Made by a program: the position numbers and the translations under genes
Part shown: one piece after another, positions 47,166-51,549 of the stretch
How positions within the stretch are numbered: position 1 is the first letter of the stretch
Layout of the letters: each line of letters opens with the position of its first letter
The notes under the pieces: model-generated
What the model saw: the letters and a program-made list of their open reading frames with translations, nothing else
The model's database searches: none
What the model was told of the DNA's origin: nothing
Origin: Candidatus Methylomirabilota bacterium
GTDB lineage: Bacteria; Methylomirabilota; Methylomirabilia; Rokubacteriales; CSP1-6
Reading direction: 5' to 3'
Length of the DNA: 51,549 nt
Assembly: GCA_035249225.1 (NCBI GenBank)
Contig: DATFGS010000274.1
Span: 1 to 51,549 of the forward strand

Positions 47166-49451
47166 CTAGCCGGCTACGACGTTCTTGGTGGCGCTGCGGA
47201 AGTCGGAGAGATAGGTCGCGTACTCGTGCCGCAGCTTGTACTGGATCTTGTCGCCGTAGAACATCTGGCCGACCGTGGGCTGATCGGCCAGGAAGAACTC
47301 GGGCTCCTGACGCCCCTGGAGGAAGTCGACGCCGAGCGCCTCGCGACCACCGGTGCCGGGCGCCATGTGCACACCCCAGTCGGTCGCGTCGGTGAAGAGC
47401 GGGTTGCAGTTGATCCGCTCGCCGTTCTGCCCGAACCACTGGTAGACGGGGTTCGCGGCCGTGGTGCCGAAATACTGGGTCATGTTCAGCGTCCGCGCGA
47501 TACCCAGGAGGGCGTGCGGGACATCGAGCCAGAGACTCCCGAGCGGCGGGACGCCCAGCTTCTCGCCCGAGCCGGGCTCGGTCATATCGCCGAGCTGCAC
47601 GAGCTTGGCGATGACCTCGGCGGCACCGGTGGCGTCGGCGGTGAGCGCCGTCGACCCCGTGTTCCCGTGCCCGGCGTTGAACCAGGCGACCGAGTCGACC
47701 TGATAGGTGATGTTCGCGACCCAGTTGTCCTGCCAGATCCGCTTCGCCAGCGTGCGGCGGGCGGCCCGGCCCAAGCGGCCGACCAGGCGCGAGATCGCGC
47801 GGAGATCGTCGTTGATGATCAGCTTCCGCGTGATCGTCAGGATGTTACCGCGCTGGGTGATCGCGTAGCTGACCTGGTCGTCCGACACCGGGGTGATCTC
47901 CGCGTAGTCGGCGGACTCCGGGTCGACCACCGCGATGTCGCCGAAGTAGCCGAGCTGGGTCACGTACTTGGTGCGGAAGTCCTGCGCCGACCCGTAGATC
48001 GTGATCGTGTTCTCGTTGTACTCGGGCTCGAGATAGTCCATCAGGAGTCGGCGGTAGAGGGTGTTCGCGGTGATCTCGGCCCAGCTCGTCGAGTCGAGCG
48101 CTTCCGACACGCGCCCCTTCCGGAATCGCCCGGTGACCTCGTCGTCGCCGGTCAGCGTCACGTAGGCGTGGCGCAGGCTCTTGAAGCGGAGCCCCGGGTC
48201 GGCGCTCGCAGCCTCGCGCACCTTCGCGAGCGGCTGCTCATGGCCCTCCCAGTCTCCGCCGCCGACCGGGCCGCCGGCGTTCACGTTGCCGCGGATGCGG
48301 TCGCGGGCGCTGTCGGACATCGGGCCGCGCTTCAGGCCCTCCTCGATGCGCGCGCTGTCGACCTCGAACAGCCGGTCCATCGCGACCTGCGCCTTGTCGC
48401 GGCTGTCCATGGTCACGCGCCCGGCCTCGCCGTACCCGCGGACGTCGCCGCTCTTGTCGAGGGTCGCCAGGACGTCGATCTCTTCCTTCACGCGGGCAGA
48501 GATCTCCTCGGCGGTCGCGATCTTGCCGCCGAAGTCCTTCCGGATGCGCGCCTTCACGATGTCGGGCAGCTTCGTCGCGGCGACGGCCTCGGCGACCCGG
48601 CCCTGGGTGTCGGCGATCTGCTCGCGCTCCTTCTCGCGCGCGGCGGCCTTGTCCTCCGCCTCCTTGATGCGGGCGGCGATCATGGCCTCGACGTCGTCCT
48701 TGGGCGGCTTCTTGTCTGCCGCCTTCACGGCCTGGTCGTAGAGCGCCAGCAGGTCCGCCTCGCTGACCTTCTCGACGTCCTTGTCCTTGAGCAGATCCGC
48801 GTTCAGCTCCTTGATGCGGGCAACGAGTGCCGTCTTCATGGGGTCCTCCTTGGGTTCGCCGAGATCGAGCCCGGCCGTGGCGCGCAAGAATCGGCCGTCG
48901 GCCGAGGGCGCGGTGACGATGTCAACGCTGAAGAGCCGCTTCACTTCCTTGATCGTGCGGACCGCGCCCTCCTGGACGAAGCCCGCGAGGGTATCGACGC
49001 TGAGGCCGAGCACCTTGTCGACGATGCCGCGCTTCTGCAGCCCCAGGAGTTTTGTCTTGAGCCAGCCGGCGTCTTCGTGGATGTGCAGCTTCGCGTAGAC
49101 GCCGTCCGCCTCGACGCGCGGGTCCTGGAGATCGCCGACGACGTTCCGGATGATCGCGCCGTCGGCCGTGATGACGTCCTGCTCCTTGGCGTGCGCCATC
49201 CCGGCCTTGAACTGGTAGAGCCCGACGGGCGCGTTCTTCAGGAAGCCGAGCATCTGCTCGCCCGCCTCCTTCGCCCAACCCCAGCCGTTCGCGCTCGTCC
49301 CGAACTTCAGGACGCGGACCTCCCAGACCGAGCCGGTCTGATCCGCGCACCGAACGAACTCGAACCCGCCCGAGCCGACACGGTCCCAGGAGCAATGTCC
49401 CGCCTCGCGGATCGTGGCCGCGACCAGGTCGCGAATCTCTTTCTCGTTCAT
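47166..49451 (-). CDS. Fused prohead-protease-like / scaffold / HK97-fold major capsid protein (761 aa)
   Basis: The N-terminal ~200 aa have a His...Ser pattern (GMAHAKEQ...LGLSVDT) like prohead proteases. The central part is a charged coiled coil (KEAEDKAAAREKEREQ). The C-terminal ~330 aa are capsid-like. ATG 49451 has an ATGA overlap. Confidence 0.7.
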   Translation of the reverse strand: MNEKEIRDLVAATIREAGHCSWDRVGSGGFEFVRCADQTGSVWEVRVLKFGTSANGWGWAKEAGEQMLGFLKNAPVGLYQFKAGMAHAKEQDVITADGAIIRNVVGDLQDPRVEADGVYAKLHIHEDAGWLKTKLLGLQKRGIVDKVLGLSVDTLAGFVQEGAVRTIKEVKRLFSVDIVTAPSADGRFLRATAGLDLGEPKEDPMKTALVARIKELNADLLKDKDVEKVSEADLLALYDQAVKAADKKPPKDDVEAMIAARIKEAEDKAAAREKEREQIADTQGRVAEAVAATKLPDIVKARIRKDFGGKIATAEEISARVKEEIDVLATLDKSGDVRGYGEAGRVTMDSRDKAQVAMDRLFEVDSARIEEGLKRGPMSDSARDRIRGNVNAGGPVGGGDWEGHEQPLAKVREAASADPGLRFKSLRHAYVTLTGDDEVTGRFRKGRVSEALDSTSWAEITANTLYRRLLMDYLEPEYNENTITIYGSAQDFRTKYVTQLGYFGDIAVVDPESADYAEITPVSDDQVSYAITQRGNILTITRKLIINDDLRAISRLVGRLGRAARRTLAKRIWQDNWVANITYQVDSVAWFNAGHGNTGSTALTADATGAAEVIAKLVQLGDMTEPGSGEKLGVPPLGSLWLDVPHALLGIARTLNMTQYFGTTAANPVYQWFGQNGERINCNPLFTDATDWGVHMAPGTGGREALGVDFLQGRQEPEFFLADQPTVGQMFYGDKIQYKLRHEYATYLSDFRSATKNVVAG

Positions 49452-50329
49452 GCCGCCTCCAGTCGTAGGACGTCCGCCCACGCCGCCCGGTAGGGGGCCG
49501 ACAGGCAGCCGCACCCGATGGTTGATCGCGCGCTCCCGGCCGGGTCGCGCGGATAGAGCAGGTCCTCGTAGGGTTGGCCGGGCTGCGGCCGCACGCGATA
49601 GCGCGCGTCGGGCTCCCGGATCTGCCCCTCGGCCTCGACGTGGCCCTCGCGCCGCCAGCGCCCCATGTTCCCCGAGTGCTGCCACTGCTTCTGGAGATCC
49701 GGGACGAACCCCTTCGCGTCCTCGAGCGCGGCCTGATTCGCGATCGACTGCACGCGCCCGAGCTCGGTCCGCGTGATCGTCTCCGCGCGCTGCGCGATCG
49801 AGGCGAACACCGACGGCCCGGCCAGCGAGCCCGCGACCGCCTGCATGACCTCGTAGACGCTCTGCCCGCGGAGCACGCCCGCGCGGAGCGCCGTCGAAAT
49901 CTGCGTGATCGCATCGCCCGCGAGGCCCGTGATCAAGCTCGCCTGATAGGCGCGCGCGGCCTCGAGCAGCCGGCGCGACGGGATCGGGACGTGGAACATC
50001 AGGCCCGCCCGCACCAGCGGCTCCGCGGCCAGGCCCGCGCCCGCGTCCCACATGGCGAGCTGAGCCGGCGACACCGCGCTCTGATACTGCTCGACGAATC
50101 GGGCCATCACGTCGGTGATCCCGGCCTGCGTCTGCGCAAGGCGGAAGCTCGCGTAGCTGGCCGGGTCGAGGACCGCCAGTTCGGCGAGGACCATTTGCCG
50201 CGCCTGCTCCAGCGCGGTCAGCATCGCGCGCACCGCCTCGTCGGGCAGGCGGTCGATCAGGGCAGCCTGCGCGGCGACCTGCGCGGCGAATCGTTCCTCG
50301 GGGGTCGTGGCTTCGCGGACGACGATCAT
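49448..50329 (-). CDS. Head morphogenesis protein (Mu F / SPP1 gp7-like)
   Basis: RAETITRTELGRVQSIANQAAL core motif. ATGA overlaps with the portal and capsid genes. Confidence 0.8.
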   Translation of the reverse strand: MIVVREATTPEERFAAQVAAQAALIDRLPDEAVRAMLTALEQARQMVLAELAVLDPASYASFRLAQTQAGITDVMARFVEQYQSAVSPAQLAMWDAGAGLAAEPLVRAGLMFHVPIPSRRLLEAARAYQASLITGLAGDAITQISTALRAGVLRGQSVYEVMQAVAGSLAGPSVFASIAQRAETITRTELGRVQSIANQAALEDAKGFVPDLQKQWQHSGNMGRWRREGHVEAEGQIREPDARYRVRPQPGQPYEDLLYPRDPAGSARSTIGCGCLSAPYRAAWADVLRLEAA

Positions 50330-51549
50330 GCCGCTTTCTGTCCGCCCTTCTCGGTCGTCTGCTTCTTCTCGCCGATGTTGTCGCCGTTGCCCTCGCCCCG
50401 GCGCGCGAGCTGCGCCTTCAGCCGCTCGGCGTTCTGCTGGGCGTCGACGCCGCGGTAGTCCTTCGCCGCCGCGGCCGCCGTCGGGTCGAACTCTTCCTTC
50501 GCGTCGATCTCGAGGCCGAGTTGCGAGATCAGCCCGTTGAAGACGCGGCCCGCCGTTTCGGGGGTGATCCAGCCCTCCGCAACCGCCGCTTGGAGCGCGG
50601 TCGCCAGGGACGCGGCTGCCGCCACGGTGGCCGCCTGGTCCCGCATCGACAGTTCGGGCAACTCGATCCGGTACTGCGTCCGCTTCTCGCGCGCGAGCGC
50701 GCCGCGGAGGACGGCCTGGTCGAGCTGGAACTGGACGAGCGACTGGATGACATACTTGACTTCCTTCTGCCGGCGCGTGAGCCGCTTCACCGGGGGGAGG
50801 CCCATCTCTTTCGCCGAGGCGAAATTGACCTCGCCCGCGAGCCCGTACCAGTGCTCGGGGAAGCTCTTGCTCCCGAGGATGTGGCCGCGCATCAGCCGCG
50901 CCCACGAGTCCTTGTCCATCGCTTTCATCTCGGGCGCGACGGCTGCGAGCTTGACTTTTTCGTTATGCGCGAAGACCCCGTTCCGCCGGATGTCGGCCTT
51001 GAACTCGAGCACCCACTGCTTGATCTGGGGCGCCGTCATCCCCTCGAGCTCAACGTCCCAGACGAACGAGTTGAAGAGATTCGCGGCGTCCATCGCATCG
51101 AAGAGGAACTTGTCGTAGCCGTCGACCCAGTCGATCAGCGAGAGCAGATCGGACCGGCCGCGCTTGCCGTTGGAGATGTCGTTGACCTGGAAGAGCAGGC
51201 ACGCCCCGTTGTAGGCGACGTCGAGGAACGGATCGCGCTCGTCCTCGAGCACGCCCTCGAGCAGTTCGTAGTCGTCGCTCGCGCGCTGGGTGTTCGGGCG
51301 GACGACCTTCAGGTACCGCTCCGGAATGCCGTTCGCGCGGCCCTTCAGCACGACGCAGGTCTTGATCAGCGCGTTCTGCGGATCGGTGATGACCTGCGCG
51401 ATCTCCTGCGGGTCCACGTAACCCAGCCGCACGCGCCCGTCGGTCTCGTTGACGAAGACCGGGAAGCAGAGCTCGCCGTAGATGCCGAGCTCGCGGATGA
51501 ACTTGTCGAGGCGCATCTCGAGCTGGTTGACCGGATCGGTCCAGAACCC
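50326..51549 (-). CDS. Portal protein, C-terminal part (open at the window end; total about 527 aa with 485..1)
   Basis: Lies between TerL and the MuF-like gene. The ORF has no stop up to the window edge and continues in frame via the 125-nt overlap. Confidence 0.8.
   Translation of the reverse strand, partial: GFWTDPVNQLEMRLDKFIRELGIYGELCFPVFVNETDGRVRLGYVDPQEIAQVITDPQNALIKTCVVLKGRANGIPERYLKVVRPNTQRASDDYELLEGVLEDERDPFLDVAYNGACLLFQVNDISNGKRGRSDLLSLIDWVDGYDKFLFDAMDAANLFNSFVWDVELEGMTAPQIKQWVLEFKADIRRNGVFAHNEKVKLAAVAPEMKAMDKDSWARLMRGHILGSKSFPEHWYGLAGEVNFASAKEMGLPPVKRLTRRQKEVKYVIQSLVQFQLDQAVLRGALAREKRTQYRIELPELSMRDQAATVAAAASLATALQAAVAEGWITPETAGRVFNGLISQLGLEIDAKEEFDPTAAAAAKDYRGVDAQQNAERLKAQLARRGEGNGDNIGEKKQTTEKGGQKAA
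51425..51549. repeat. Exact 125-nt direct repeat, copy 2 (matches 1..125)
   Basis: Base-by-base identity. Confidence 0.95.

Larger units (their letters stand above)
1..51424. mobile_element. Complete temperate tailed-phage genome (siphovirus-type gene order); window = one 51,424-bp unit plus 125-bp overlap
   Basis: All phage modules are present and mostly co-directional (packaging, head, tail, lysis, immunity, recombination, integrase, replication). Bases 1-125 equal 51425-51549 and the portal ORF is continuous across that junction. No host-like flanks. Confidence 0.85.

Noticed and set aside
1-51549. Prophage boundaries (attL/attR), host genes, rRNA, transposases/IS elements, CRISPR-Cas or known multi-gene defence systems
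   Set aside because: The molecule closes on itself with no non-phage flank. No translation showed transposase, Cas, restriction-endonuclease, toxin-antitoxin or rRNA-like features.

Overview
The window is one complete, GC-rich, temperate tailed-phage genome with siphovirus-type architecture. Bases 1-125 are identical to 51425-51549, and the portal gene reads through that junction, so the unique unit is 51,424 bp with no host flank. About 90 genes are packed tightly, and more than 25 gene junctions are ATGA/GTGA 4-nt overlaps. Nearly all genes lie on the minus strand. In transcription order (descending coordinates) the modules are:
- immunity switch (~21.9 kb)
- recombination genes: PD-(D/E)XK exonuclease, Sak4-like ATPase, RuvC
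- tyrosine integrase
- DksA/TraR-type regulator
- a long early/accessory block: radical SAM, receiver-domain protein, MTase-like protein, HNH, J-domain protein
- replisome-organizer gene containing an iteron-rich ori
- packaging and head: TerL, portal, MuF-like protein, protease/scaffold/capsid fusion, connectors
- tail: major tail, chaperone pair, 1458-aa tape measure, tail tip, repeat-rich fibre
- lysis cassette: SleB-type endolysin, holin-like protein, spanin pair

Two plus-strand islands interrupt this order. One (12.4-13.8 kb) holds five tiny proteins behind a duplicated promoter-operator. The other (21.9-23.2 kb) holds a CI-position gene plus envelope proteins.

Most noteworthy observations:
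1. Three dispersed paralogous Wzy_C/O-antigen-ligase-like membrane proteins. One is coupled to the radical SAM enzyme and one sits in the fibre module next to a signal-peptide protein. An unexplained 452-aa / ExxH-helical / GNAT trio also lies in the tail module. Together these suggest an undescribed phage envelope-glycan or receptor-remodelling capacity.
2. A near-perfect tRNA cloverleaf (Glu-like UUC anticodon, C33, encoded CCA) lies in frame inside the Sak4-like ATPase ORF, about 1 kb from the integrase.
3. The plus-strand small-protein operon has paired inverted repeats in a duplicated promoter, an anti-defence/Aca-like architecture.
4. Four CTCAnGGTGAG operators contain both divergent start codons.
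5. A lambda-O-like ori lies inside the replication gene.

No rRNA, CRISPR array or transposase was seen. All functional calls come from motifs read in the translations; no database search was run.
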